64,000 nt of DNA from Candidatus Altiarchaeota archaeon. Lineage in GTDB: Archaea > Altiarchaeota > Altiarchaeia > IMC4 > QMZM01. The position numbers and the translations under genes were made by a program. A model generated the notes under the pieces. The model was not told the DNA's origin. It ran no database searches and saw nothing but the letters and a program-made list of their open reading frames with translations. Shown piece by piece: positions 39,245-49,222 of this stretch; the stretch's first letter is position 1, and each line of letters begins with the position of its first letter. The stretch is taken from contig JAFGDV010000012.1 in NCBI GenBank assembly GCA_016931955.1, positions 50,255 through 114,254 on the forward strand, read 5' to 3'.

Positions 39245-40810
39245 CTATTTCCTCCTTAAAGCTGCTCGAACCAGGCCGACGAAGAGGGGGGCAGGTCTAT
39301 CGATCCTCGACTTGAATTCAGGATGGAACTGTGACGCAATAAAGTGGGGATGCTTAGATAACTCGGCGATCTCCATGAGATCCTTCTCAGGATACCTGCC
39401 AGAAAACCTCAGACCATGCTTCTCCAAGGTTTCAATGTACTTCGGATTAACCTCCCAGCGGTGCCTGTGTCTCTCAGATATCTGTCGTTCACCGTAGATG
39501 GTGTATGCTAGACTATCATCCGCTATCTCACATGGGTAGGCGCCAAGACGCATAGTCCCACCCTTTCTGTGTATGTCCTTCTGCTCCGGTATCAGGTCTA
39601 TCACAGGATGAGGTGTTTTTGGGTTGGCTTCCGTGGTGTCGGCTCCCTCAAGCCCGCAGACGTTTCTCGCAAATTCTACGACAGAGAGTTGGAAACCGAA
39701 ACATATCCCTAAGAAGGGGATGTTGTTTTCTCGTGCATACTTTATCGCCTGGATCTTGCCTTCAACGCCCCTGTCTCCGAAGCCCCCTGGCACAAGTATG
39801 CCGTCTACCATGCGCAGATCATCCGCAGTCGTTTCCTCCGATTCAAGCCATCTGATGTTCACCCTGCAGGAGCATGGTATGCTCGCATGCTTGAGTGCCT
39901 CCTTGATGCTCAAATATGCGTCAGATAGTGCAGTATATTTCCCGACTATGCCAATGGTGACCTCCTGCTTGAATTCATGCATCTTATCAACGAGGTTCTG
40001 CCACTTGAAGGTATACGATGCCTTCCGGGTGAGCTTCAATTTTTTTATGATAATGTTGTCCAGATTCTGTTTCTTAAGTATGGCCGGGAGATCGTATATC
40101 TCATCCAGGTCGGGATTGGAGAGAACACCCTCTTCGCCTACGCCGCAGAAGAGGGAGATCTTATGTTTTGTCTTCTTGCTCAGTTGCTCCTTGCATCTGC
40201 CGACGACTATGTCAGGCTGTATTCCGAGGCTCTGCAGTTCCTTCACTGAATGCTGCGTCGGCTTGGTCTTCTGTTCGCCGGAGATTATGACAGGGACATA
40301 GGATAGGTGGATGAACAGGAAGTCGTTTTCAGGTTCACGGCTCATCTGCCTCAAGGCTTCGATGAATATCATGTTCTCCATGTCCCCTACAGTGCCTCCA
40401 ACCTCCACCATGACCACTTCGGCTTTAAGTCGGCTGAGCCTTTCCTTTATCTCACATGTGACTTGGGGTATCATCTGGACCGTCTTCCCCAAGTAGTCCC
40501 CCCTCCTCTCCTTCTCTATAACCGCCTTGTATATTTGGCCGGTTGTTATGTTGGAGTCCCCGGTAAGGTCGGTGCTCAGGAAACGCTCATAGTGTCCCAG
40601 GTCGAGGTCGGTTTCGCTGCCGTCGTCTAGGACGTAGACTTCGCCATGTTCGTAGGGGTTCATGGTCCCCGGGTCGACGTTCACGTAGCCGTCAATCTTT
40701 ATCGGCAAAACAGAGTAGCCTGAGTCTTTGAGAATCCTTCCTATTGAAGCAGTGGTGACGCCTTTTCCCAGGCCAGACAAGACCCCACCTGTCACGATAA
40801 TGTATTTCAT
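39245..40810 (-). CDS. pyrG: CTP synthase
   Basis: TGGVLSGLGKG, DLDLGHYERF, KTKPTQHS, GICFG, RHRHR, QFHPE. Confidence 0.97.
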   Translation of the reverse strand: MKYIIVTGGVLSGLGKGVTTASIGRILKDSGYSVLPIKIDGYVNVDPGTMNPYEHGEVYVLDDGSETDLDLGHYERFLSTDLTGDSNITTGQIYKAVIEKERRGDYLGKTVQMIPQVTCEIKERLSRLKAEVVMVEVGGTVGDMENMIFIEALRQMSREPENDFLFIHLSYVPVIISGEQKTKPTQHSVKELQSLGIQPDIVVGRCKEQLSKKTKHKISLFCGVGEEGVLSNPDLDEIYDLPAILKKQNLDNIIIKKLKLTRKASYTFKWQNLVDKMHEFKQEVTIGIVGKYTALSDAYLSIKEALKHASIPCSCRVNIRWLESEETTADDLRMVDGILVPGGFGDRGVEGKIQAIKYARENNIPFLGICFGFQLSVVEFARNVCGLEGADTTEANPKTPHPVIDLIPEQKDIHRKGGTMRLGAYPCEIADDSLAYTIYGERQISERHRHRWEVNPKYIETLEKHGLRFSGRYPEKDLMEIAELSKHPHFIASQFHPEFKSRIDRPAPLFVGLVRAALRRK

Positions 40811-40855
40811 CTACGGTATAATATTTTCTCTTACCCTCTTATATATTATCTGGAG

Positions 40856-41404
40856 ATGAGAGTAAAATTCGCGACCTCCAACAGGCACAAGGTCCAGGAA
40901 GGCAACGTCGTCGGCGGAGAGTATGGTATAGAGTTCATCCAGTTGAAGGAACCCTATCCTGAGATAAGGGACGACGACGTCAGGGAAGTTGCGAGAGAAG
41001 GTGCTGGATTCGTCTACGATAAGGTTAAGTTTCCAGTGATAGTGGAAGACACCGGCTTATTCATCGAGTCCTTGAAGGGATTCCCCGGATCCTATTCCGC
41101 CTTCGTCTACGGTAAGATCGGATGCGAGGGCATATTAAGGCTTCTATCAGGGATAGAAGACAGGAAAGCATGGTTCACCTCAGCCATAGGATTCTGCGAT
41201 GAGTCCGGTGTCCGGATCTTTGTGGGAGAAGCCCGGGGAACGATCTCTGAGGAAGCCAGGGGAAATGCAGGATTCGGGTATGATCCAATCTTTGTTCCTG
41301 GAGGCTACGAGAAAACGTTCGCCGAAGACCCTCAACTGAAGAACCAGGTCTCACACCGTAGGAAGGCGTTCCAGAAATTCTGTCAGTGGATCAGTAGTAG
41401 GTGA
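40856..41404 (+). CDS. rdgB: XTP/dITP diphosphatase (Ham1 family)
   Basis: ATSN.HK, EDTGL, GFPG.YS, GFGYDPIF, SHR. Confidence 0.95.
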   Translation: MRVKFATSNRHKVQEGNVVGGEYGIEFIQLKEPYPEIRDDDVREVAREGAGFVYDKVKFPVIVEDTGLFIESLKGFPGSYSAFVYGKIGCEGILRLLSGIEDRKAWFTSAIGFCDESGVRIFVGEARGTISEEARGNAGFGYDPIFVPGGYEKTFAEDPQLKNQVSHRRKAFQKFCQWISSR

Positions 41405-41436
41405 GGGAGACTATGTATTGCTGCTAAGCGATTTGG

Positions 41437-41633
41437 TCGAGCTTTTCTAAAGCTCGAGGGTGAACCTTTAGCAAAGGTTGCTGGCGGATGGATCGGTAAC
41501 AGGTGAATCTGCGGAAGCAGATTCCATTCTTTTTCGCCAATGTTTTCCGTCAAAACTGCTGTAGCAGTTTTGGGCGCCAAAATCGGAGATTTTGAGTGTC
41601 TTTCTAGGAAAAAGGTTGCTGGTAGTGCCTAAC
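41437..41633. repeat. Cluster of short hairpins ending in GTAGTGCCTAAC
   Basis: tcgagcttt-tct-aaagctcga, aaccttt-agc-aaaggtt, gaatctgc-ggaa-gcagattc, caaaactgct-gt-agcagttttg, caaaatc-gga-gattttg; core at 41622. Confidence 0.75.
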
Positions 41634-41641
41634 TGGGAGAG

Positions 41642-41769
41642 TATATCAATATATTTATATATCAATATAGTTTCATATAACTACATTTACATACTGAAGT
41701 AGAACTATGATAGCATACTAGCATATCCACATATCAACATAATTCTATATGACCATATCTGCATGTCAA
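41642..41769. repeat. 16 x 8-bp degenerate tandem array (YATA-type, e.g. CATATCAA)
   Basis: 14 of 16 in-phase octamers begin with YAT. Confidence 0.7.
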
Positions 41770-41773
41770 GGGT

Positions 41774-43045
41774 TCAGACTTGTTCGCCGCCTAGGACGTA
41801 TATTTGTTCGCCGAACTGCAGCACGTTCAGTGAGATGTTCACCTTATCGCCTACTTCGGTGTCAGCCTTCAATAGTGCGCTGAAGTTCTCGTTGTTTGGT
41901 ACCATGACCACTTGGTTGCTGATGACTACCTTAGATGGCAGTATGACGTATCCCGTCTTGCTGAAGGAGGCATTCGTCATGCCCGCGTTTTTTAGTGTTT
42001 CCCCTATTTCCATGAGGTCTGATTCCTTTGAAGCCGTGAACATGATACCCCCAGGGTTCAGGGAATAGTTCACCCCCACAGCAGCCAGGATCTCCTTAAC
42101 CCCTGAGTGAGATTTGTTGGCGTATATTATCGTCCTATTGTCTGAGTGCGAAGCCGACACCCCCTCAAGTCTATTTACCCTCTCGAGGGTTTCGTTGTCT
42201 ATTGTCTTGTTCACCATGAACCTTGGCGGCATTACCTCGACCTCCGTTGCCTGCAGCCCGGAGAGCATCTCAGGATGGAAGTCCGATTCTATGACTGCCT
42301 GCGCTAGTATCCCTGTTATGTTTATTGCTTCTGCGTTAACGACTTGGCCTGAAGGGACCCTCTCACTAACGAAGCCGAGCACTCCGCTAAAGAAGCCCTC
42401 TTTTGTTTTCATGAGTGGGAAGGCCAGGAAGTATTCCCCCACCCGGGTATCGAAGCTGCATGGTATGTAGGCTGTGTCGGTTCCAGGACCTGAGATATTC
42501 ACTGGCAGGGTGCCGATGCATGCCCTCATGAAGTCGTGGTTGCCTCTCCCAACATTTGAGTCCATTATCTTCTTCAATGTAAGCGTCTGGTTTTCATCAA
42601 CCTCGTCGAATATGAACCTGCATAGTAGGTAGGTCCCTGACAGGAAACGCTCTCCAGTGTAGGGGTTCTCCACTATTTGTGGATTACCCACTTCGATGAT
42701 TATCTCCTTAAGCCCTGGGAGTGATGTGTTCTGGATAGCCTCTATCGTGTCGAATTCGACGGCTGCTGTGATCCTCGAGATCAGCTCGGGTCTTACTTCC
42801 CTGATCGATGTGAGTATGGTAGAATTGAATATCTCTTCAACAGTGTAGGCATCCACTTCTGGGAAGCTGGATTCCCCCCCAGAGGAGGTTCTGTCGGAGA
42901 GGAACAGTATAGACAAGGCTGACAACAGCATGACGCCTATGATGACATAGATCAGTATATTTGAGCCTTTCTTTCCCTCCTTCTGCTTTGAGCCTTTCTT
43001 CTCCTCCTGCTGCGTCGCCCTGAACTTTTTCTTCTTTTTCGCCAT
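41774..43045 (-). CDS. Membrane-anchored hypothetical protein
   Basis: Basic N-terminus, a single TM segment, many N-x-S/T sites. Confidence 0.65.
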   Translation of the reverse strand: MAKKKKKFRATQQEEKKGSKQKEGKKGSNILIYVIIGVMLLSALSILFLSDRTSSGGESSFPEVDAYTVEEIFNSTILTSIREVRPELISRITAAVEFDTIEAIQNTSLPGLKEIIIEVGNPQIVENPYTGERFLSGTYLLCRFIFDEVDENQTLTLKKIMDSNVGRGNHDFMRACIGTLPVNISGPGTDTAYIPCSFDTRVGEYFLAFPLMKTKEGFFSGVLGFVSERVPSGQVVNAEAINITGILAQAVIESDFHPEMLSGLQATEVEVMPPRFMVNKTIDNETLERVNRLEGVSASHSDNRTIIYANKSHSGVKEILAAVGVNYSLNPGGIMFTASKESDLMEIGETLKNAGMTNASFSKTGYVILPSKVVISNQVVMVPNNENFSALLKADTEVGDKVNISLNVLQFGEQIYVLGGEQV

Positions 43046-43090
43046 TCTACGGTTGTTAAGTTATTAATTTTAAATGATAAATCATTAAAA

Positions 43091-43765
43091 ATGGCTGAGT
43101 TTATCAAGATATCATACACGGGCAGCTTGGATGATGGGCGAGTATTCGATACGACAAGCGAGGAAGTGGCTAAAAAGGAGGGCATCTACGACGAAAAAAG
43201 GGTCTATGGTTTCCTCTATATGATAGTCGGCGAGGGGCAGGTCATCAAAGGACTTGATGAAGCCTTAAAGGATATGAAGGTGGGTGAAGAGAAAACCGTC
43301 AAGATCCCGCCAGAAAAAGCCTACGGTAAACGGAATCCTGAACTCATCAGGATCGTTCCATTAAAGAAGTTCAAGGAACAGAAGATAAACCCGATACCTG
43401 GAATGCCAATCGACATCGATGGCCAGATTGCCCGGGTTCAGACCGTCGCCGGCGGACGGGTCAGAGTCGACTTCAACCATGAACTGGCTGGCAGAACCCT
43501 CACATTTAACGCCAAGGTTGAGGTAAAAGCTGAGACAGAAGACGACAAAGTGAAGTTCCTATTAGAGAAGAACTTCAACAAAGTAGAGGGCTTCAACTCG
43601 AAGGTGGATGGTCAGGAGTTATCTGTTACAATACCTGAGAAAGCCTACAAGGACAGGAATCTATTGCTGAGGAAGGCTGCGTTCTCGGCAGAAGCCTTCA
43701 AACACCTCAACATTGGCAAGATAACCTTCTGTGAGGTCTGGGGGAAACCTGAAAAGAAAAAATGA
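43091..43765 (+). CDS. FKBP-type peptidyl-prolyl isomerase (archaeal long SlyD-like)
   Basis: YTG.L.DG.VFDT, GLDEAL, PEKAYG, VDFNHELAG. Confidence 0.9.
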   Translation: MAEFIKISYTGSLDDGRVFDTTSEEVAKKEGIYDEKRVYGFLYMIVGEGQVIKGLDEALKDMKVGEEKTVKIPPEKAYGKRNPELIRIVPLKKFKEQKINPIPGMPIDIDGQIARVQTVAGGRVRVDFNHELAGRTLTFNAKVEVKAETEDDKVKFLLEKNFNKVEGFNSKVDGQELSVTIPEKAYKDRNLLLRKAAFSAEAFKHLNIGKITFCEVWGKPEKKK

Positions 43766-44631
43766 TCGGTGCCGCTCAGAGAGAGATCCTGGAAGTCCTA
43801 ATCGAGTTATACGACAAAAAAAAGGACTCCATTAAGGGCGAAGACATATCCCAGGTTCTCAAGAGGTCTCCTGGGACCATACGGAACCAGATGCAGACCC
43901 TCCGCGCACTGGGCTACGTCGACGGCGTACCAGGCCCCAAGGGAGGCTACACTCCCTCAATGAAGGCCTATCAAGTGCTTGGCATAGAACCTGTTGAGAA
44001 ACCACACGACGTTCCCCTCTATAAAGAGGGTGTGAGGATCGAAGGGGTATCGGCACACAAGATACTCTTCATGAAGGTCACGCACCCAAGCGAATGCCGG
44101 GCGGTGATAAGCATCCTCGGCGACACCCGTAAGATGGAGGACGGAGACGTTATAACGATCGGGCCGACACCCGTGAACCACGTCATCATAAAGGGCAAAG
44201 TGACTGGCAGAGACGACGTTAAAAGGGAGATAATGGTGGACACATACAGCATCACAAGCATACCCAAGGGCAAGGTGTGCGACATCGCAACAAGAAAGCT
44301 CATAAGCCTCAGATCAGACATGGATATAAAGGAATGCGGCAAGACTCTACTAGCGAATAGAATCAACGCAGCCCCAATAATCGACGACGAACGGCTTAAG
44401 GGGATAGTAACCGTCGAAGAGATCGTCAGGGCGATAACCAACGACAAGAAGAACATCAAAGCGAAGGACATAGCAATAAGGGACATCTTCACCATCGGCA
44501 AAGAATCCAAGCTGCTCACCTGCATAAAAAAGATGGAAAAACTAGACGTTGGGCGGTTGATTGTCACAGATGAGGGAAGACCCGTCGGCATAATAACCAG
44601 GACAGACATCCTCCAGAGGATGGTGAAGTGA
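43762..44631 (+). CDS. HrcA-type HTH regulator with CBS pair
   Basis: PGTIRNQMQ.LR.LG.V.GVPGPKGGY.P; C-terminal CBS pair. Confidence 0.85.
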   Translation: MIGAAQREILEVLIELYDKKKDSIKGEDISQVLKRSPGTIRNQMQTLRALGYVDGVPGPKGGYTPSMKAYQVLGIEPVEKPHDVPLYKEGVRIEGVSAHKILFMKVTHPSECRAVISILGDTRKMEDGDVITIGPTPVNHVIIKGKVTGRDDVKREIMVDTYSITSIPKGKVCDIATRKLISLRSDMDIKECGKTLLANRINAAPIIDDERLKGIVTVEEIVRAITNDKKNIKAKDIAIRDIFTIGKESKLLTCIKKMEKLDVGRLIVTDEGRPVGIITRTDILQRMVK

Positions 44632-44771
44632 GCTGGGGAAACCAAGATTACCATACCCTCTTGTAATCATTCTCACAATAGTCTTCGGGGTCCACAGCTT
44701 GTCTCTTCTGAGCCCGTATCCCCCACTGGATCTCATTTTTAGTCTCCCGGATAAATTAAATACAGAAAGAG

Positions 44772-45446
44772 ATGAAAAAACTGTTTATCCCAGCCTATCT
44801 GAGAAAGAATCCTCTGCCAGCGGTTGAAAAAGCATTGAGTCTCATACAGGGATATGAGAGGATCGGTTTGCTGACCACCAGCCAACACCTGAACCAGCTT
44901 GATTCAGTCAGCGAATTCCTGGAAAAAAAGGGCAAGAAAGCGTTGATCGGTGGCCAGATACTGGGCTGCGACATAGAAAATGCCGCTAAGATCGAAGAAC
45001 AAGTCGACTGTTTTTTATACATCGGCTCAGGCAGATTCCATCCCCTGGGGGTGGCATTGAAGACGGATAAGCCAGTAGTGGTCTCCAACCCCTACTCGGA
45101 TTCCGCCAACATGATAACCGAGGATGAGAAACAGAAATACCTGAAGAAGAGGAAGGGCAGACTGTTGAAGGCCCTTCAAGCAGAGGTTTTTGGAGTGATT
45201 GTCTCAACCAAAAGCGGACAGTTCAGCCTCGAAAAAGCATTGAGGATAAAGGAGAGGCTCGAAGATAGGGGCAAAAAGGCCTTCATATTCGCCGGCTCAG
45301 AGATCAATCCGGGAAACCTGCTGCCCTTCAAAGTGGATGCGTGGATCAACACAGCATGTCCTCGTTTAGTGGACGACCACTTCAGTAAACCGATACTGAA
45401 TCCAGAAGAATTAGACACGCTTGAGGAACTGCTTAGAGGAACCTGA
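44772..45446 (+). CDS. dph2: Short diphthamide synthesis protein (Dph1/Dph2 family)
   Basis: GQILGC, GSGRFH, STKSGQ, NTACPR. Confidence 0.85.
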   Translation: MKKLFIPAYLRKNPLPAVEKALSLIQGYERIGLLTTSQHLNQLDSVSEFLEKKGKKALIGGQILGCDIENAAKIEEQVDCFLYIGSGRFHPLGVALKTDKPVVVSNPYSDSANMITEDEKQKYLKKRKGRLLKALQAEVFGVIVSTKSGQFSLEKALRIKERLEDRGKKAFIFAGSEINPGNLLPFKVDAWINTACPRLVDDHFSKPILNPEELDTLEELLRGT

Positions 45447-46935
45447 TCTCCCCTGGAAGCTCACCCAATCTTTTCCTGAACCCCTTAGGCCAGTTTTCAG
45501 GGTCAAGGCCTTTCTGGGCTGTGAATGCTGCAAGCCATCTCTCCAATCCTATGCCAGTGCAGCCCGAATAAAGTTCACCCCCTTGAGCCTTCACATTGAA
45601 GCCCTTTGGATATTTGTCCCCATTATTTGAGGCATTCTGGAACTCCAGCCACTCAGATTCCTCACGTGAACCCTTATAGGGCATGTATGCTTCAAAGTCT
45701 ATCGTCCCTATCTTCTTTTCTTCGTCGGCTATTCCAACCATGCCCTCCTGCGCCATGAACCAGGGGGTCACGAAGGCCATCCTCCACTCAAGTTCCAGTA
45801 TTCCATTGAAGATCTTCTTATAGTGTTCCACGATCTCCTTATGTAATCGCTCTACTTGCTCAGGGTAACCGATCCATACAAACTCTATGCGGTGGAATTC
45901 GTCAACGCGTTCTATGCCATGTATGCCGCCGGATTCATACCTCATCGAGGTGCCGGAGCGGTCGAATACCTTCAGGGGCAGGCTTTCCTCAGCTATCATC
46001 TTACCCGCCAGATAGGGCCAGAACGGCGGACACTGAGCGTAACACATTCCGCCAATGGGTTCCTTTATCCGCTCCTTCACCAACTCCGTAGGAACCTCAC
46101 CCGTTATCTTGTATACGTCTATCACCTCCTCCCAGAGTTCCGGGTCGCGGCTCTGCGGCGGGCATAGGTAGTATATCTCACCGTATAGATTCTTCGCGTG
46201 ACCTGACTTCTTCCACACATCCCATGTCACGGCCTTCGGGATTACGACTTCGTCCACGTCTAGGGGCTTCAATAGTTCGTCTACGACGATCTGCTCCATC
46301 GTCTTCATCATCTTCGTGGCTATTGGACCGAATATCCACTGGCCTCTGCCACGGTGCATTATCCAGTCCCTTTTCTCCATCTCCAGGCTGGGGTCCTTAT
46401 CCCAGGCATGTTTTTTCTCCTCAGAAGACCATATGAGTTCCCAATGCTCTTCCTTTCCCTCATAGTATTGTTTGTCTACTTTCTCCTGGATCAGGCTTAT
46501 CATTCGGTCCACGTAATTCCTCTGCAGGAATTCCTCGTCCAAGTTTTCTAATTCGAGAACACAGTTTTTTTCTTTGAATTCCAGTTTTTTCGCGTATGCT
46601 ATGTCTATCTTTTTCTTCGGCTCCTTCTCTAGCTCGAATTCTATCTTATACTTTTCTGCCCTGACCTCTCTCACACCTACGTGGTGTTTCTTTCCCAGCT
46701 CGGCCGCCAGAAGGTTTTTCATGCGGAAGACTGCGTCATGTGGGCGCACATGTCTTCCAGAAGTGATCCTAAGCATCAGGCGATCGCCTTCCAGTTTGGA
46801 GGACTCTATCTTAGCGCCCTCACCCTTGGGTGCGCCCTTCTCCAGGACAGAAGAAGACTTCAACAGAATATCTCGGACATCAACGCCCTCCAAGGGCTTG
46901 TTGAAAACCAATGTACAATCAAGAATGAACCTCAT
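45433..46935 (-). CDS. serS: Seryl-tRNA synthetase, methanogen type
   Basis: SGRHVRPHD, YAQCPPFW, DRSG.S.RYESGG.HGIERVDEFHRIE, WLEFQN, SGCTGIGLERW. Confidence 0.9.
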   Translation of the reverse strand: MRFILDCTLVFNKPLEGVDVRDILLKSSSVLEKGAPKGEGAKIESSKLEGDRLMLRITSGRHVRPHDAVFRMKNLLAAELGKKHHVGVREVRAEKYKIEFELEKEPKKKIDIAYAKKLEFKEKNCVLELENLDEEFLQRNYVDRMISLIQEKVDKQYYEGKEEHWELIWSSEEKKHAWDKDPSLEMEKRDWIMHRGRGQWIFGPIATKMMKTMEQIVVDELLKPLDVDEVVIPKAVTWDVWKKSGHAKNLYGEIYYLCPPQSRDPELWEEVIDVYKITGEVPTELVKERIKEPIGGMCYAQCPPFWPYLAGKMIAEESLPLKVFDRSGTSMRYESGGIHGIERVDEFHRIEFVWIGYPEQVERLHKEIVEHYKKIFNGILELEWRMAFVTPWFMAQEGMVGIADEEKKIGTIDFEAYMPYKGSREESEWLEFQNASNNGDKYPKGFNVKAQGGELYSGCTGIGLERWLAAFTAQKGLDPENWPKGFRKRLGELPGEIRFL

Positions 46936-46989
46936 GTAATATAATTAAGCAGAGAACACATTTAAGTCTATAACATACCATATTGCCTG

Positions 46990-47781
46990 CTAGGATATAA
47001 TAGCCATCATAGTACGTCTAAAGCTTCCCGTTTCCCTTATCAGTGTTTCTTCGCCATTGATTTTTTGAATGTATGTGACCTCTACAGTAAATTCTTCTTC
47101 CTCAAACCAGTCAGGACAGTTCTGTCTTAACACGACCTTTGTAGATTCCCCAAGCTTCAGGGGCTTGTCAAATTTTCGTGAACAGCTATTACCTTCATTA
47201 TCTATAACTTTAATAGACTTCAATGTTATGGGAGTGCCAGCAGCATTTAGAGTGGTGTCGATGGCATCACATAAGAGCACGTCTCCGAAACCTATGCTGG
47301 AAAAATTCCTTACTTCATATATCCGGCCCAGTCCATAACATCCTCTATCGCTTTCCCAGCCAAAGGCTGAAAAGACGAATACTGAGTTTAGGATAAACAC
47401 AAGGATGAATAACCCCGCCAGTATTCTTACGATATTTCTGAAACCCCTCCTATCGAAGAACGAACGAGAAAGCAAACTGGCAATAAACCACCAGTAAATC
47501 AAAAACAGGATACTTAGTATTACTACTCCCCCAATATTCACAGTAGCCAACAATAGGATTACCAATATGACAGGCAGATTGGGGATAATGAATGGCCATC
47601 CAAAGTATGTGAAGGTGGTCATCTGATGTGAATACATCGGGAGTTGGTAGGGAACCCCAAACTTTAGGAATCTGTATATATGATACAGGATATCCGGATA
47701 CAGGATAAGGTTAGCCGCCAGAATAACTGTAAAAAACTTGATTTTGTTTTTAGTCGGCTTCAGGAATTCCTTAAAGCTCAT
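46990..47781 (-). CDS. Membrane protein with extracellular C-terminal beta-domain, hypothetical
   Basis: KEFLKP..KI N-terminus and four TM segments. Confidence 0.55.
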   Translation of the reverse strand: MSFKEFLKPTKNKIKFFTVILAANLILYPDILYHIYRFLKFGVPYQLPMYSHQMTTFTYFGWPFIIPNLPVILVILLLATVNIGGVVILSILFLIYWWFIASLLSRSFFDRRGFRNIVRILAGLFILVFILNSVFVFSAFGWESDRGCYGLGRIYEVRNFSSIGFGDVLLCDAIDTTLNAAGTPITLKSIKVIDNEGNSCSRKFDKPLKLGESTKVVLRQNCPDWFEEEEFTVEVTYIQKINGEETLIRETGSFRRTMMAIIS

Positions 47782-47813
47782 GTTAGGTTATCTGTGCGAG
47801 TAGATAAATACGT

Positions 47814-48581
47814 TCAGCCTACGTACGCCCTTAGTATGTCTTCTATGTCGACTATGCCTTGGAGGTGTCCTTTTTCGTCGGTGACGGGCAGCCGTATGAT
47901 GTCTCTTTCAAGCATCAGGGCTGCTGCTTCCTTGACGTCTGCTCCAGGTTTTATGGTCACCGCTGGCGTCCTCATCGCCTTCTCCACGTGGACTATCTTG
48001 GGCCTGCCGGACTCCTTCGACAACCTTACGGAGCCCGCCCTGATCATGTCCATCCTGGTAAGCACGCCGATGACCTTCTTCTTTTTTAGTACAGGGAAGC
48101 CTGAGAAGTTGCTGGCGTACATCTTATCCCATATCCCAGAAATCTCATCCCCGGGTTCGCAGAATACCACTTCAGATGTCATGACGTCGGCTATTTTCTT
48201 CTTCACAGGATTGTGGGAGTGTTTCATGAATGCAGCAAGCAGGTCACGGGCTGAGATGATGCCTACGATCCTGTCGTCTGCTACGACAGGCAGCTGTCTT
48301 ATCCCTGCTTTTATCATTTTCTGGGCGCATGAGAGCAAGTCTTCCTCAAGCCCTGAGGTGACGACGTTCTTCACCATTATGCCCCCCACCAGGAGGTTTG
48401 CCTTGTTTGAGGTGACCCTCATCACGTCGCCTCTAGTGATGATGCCAACAAGTTTGTCTTCTTCGACGACTGGAAGAGACCGCCTGCGGTGACGACGCAT
48501 GATGGACCTTGCTTTCGTTACCAGATCCGATGCATGAATGCATTCCGGATCCGCCGTCATAACATCTTGGACTAAGACCAT
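47814..48581 (-). CDS. Protein with four CBS domains
   Basis: Repeated CBS motifs. Confidence 0.9.
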   Translation of the reverse strand: MVLVQDVMTADPECIHASDLVTKARSIMRRHRRRSLPVVEEDKLVGIITRGDVMRVTSNKANLLVGGIMVKNVVTSGLEEDLLSCAQKMIKAGIRQLPVVADDRIVGIISARDLLAAFMKHSHNPVKKKIADVMTSEVVFCEPGDEISGIWDKMYASNFSGFPVLKKKKVIGVLTRMDMIRAGSVRLSKESGRPKIVHVEKAMRTPAVTIKPGADVKEAAALMLERDIIRLPVTDEKGHLQGIVDIEDILRAYVG

Positions 48582-48630
48582 TTTTCAGGTTTGGTTCCTA
48601 GAATCCAGGAGACGAAAAAGCCCTAGAAGA

Positions 48631-49176
48631 TTAATCCTCGCTTGCACACTCTTCACACATCAATCTTCCATTGAAGGGTCTCAGGTTCTCTGAATAGTTA
48701 CTGCAGACCTCACACACCCCTGAGATAGTTACTTCGGGGGATGGTATGTCGGCTATATCCCATTGACTATGTTCTCTTATCAGTAGATGGAGTGCCGGCT
48801 CAACGCGAACCAGATCAAATTCCGAGAGTATTCCGATGATGTTGCTATCCTTTGTGACCACAAGCCTCCTCACCTCGTTGTCTCTCATCTTCCTGGCTGC
48901 GTCGTCGATGTCCTGTTCAGGCTTTATCGTTATGAGGGGTGAAGTCATTGTCTCTGACACCTTCACTTGTTTTGGATCTTTTCCGTCTGCAACCACTTTT
49001 GCGATTATGTCGGTGTTTGTTATTATTCCCACGCCGACGCCATTGTCTATAACGATCACTGAATCTATGTCGTTCTTTTTCATGACTGATGCAACCCTCT
49101 GAATGTTTTCATCAGGCGTCACATAGATGACTCCTCTAGTCATAGCATCCCCAACCTTTAGTTCCATTTTAGCCAT
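48631..49176 (-). CDS. CBS pair plus C-terminal Zn-ribbon protein
   Basis: CBS pair; GVCEVC...MCEEC. Confidence 0.85.
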   Translation of the reverse strand: MAKMELKVGDAMTRGVIYVTPDENIQRVASVMKKNDIDSVIVIDNGVGVGIITNTDIIAKVVADGKDPKQVKVSETMTSPLITIKPEQDIDDAARKMRDNEVRRLVVTKDSNIIGILSEFDLVRVEPALHLLIREHSQWDIADIPSPEVTISGVCEVCSNYSENLRPFNGRLMCEECASED

Positions 49177-49222
49177 TCATTTAATTTGTTTCAATAAAGT
49201 ATAAAGGAACTGGGGTTAAAAT

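Noticed and set aside
44542-44736. Possible small minus-strand ORF (64 aa) with an RBS-like GGAGA
   Set aside because: It overlaps the regulator's 3' end by about 90 bp and has no recognisable motif, so support is insufficient.
45433-46935. Methanogen-type SerRS as a novelty
   Set aside because: A known family; useful only as a taxonomic hint.
37482-49176. Several CBS-domain genes treated as a system
   Set aside because: CBS proteins are common archaeal housekeeping genes and these are not contiguous.
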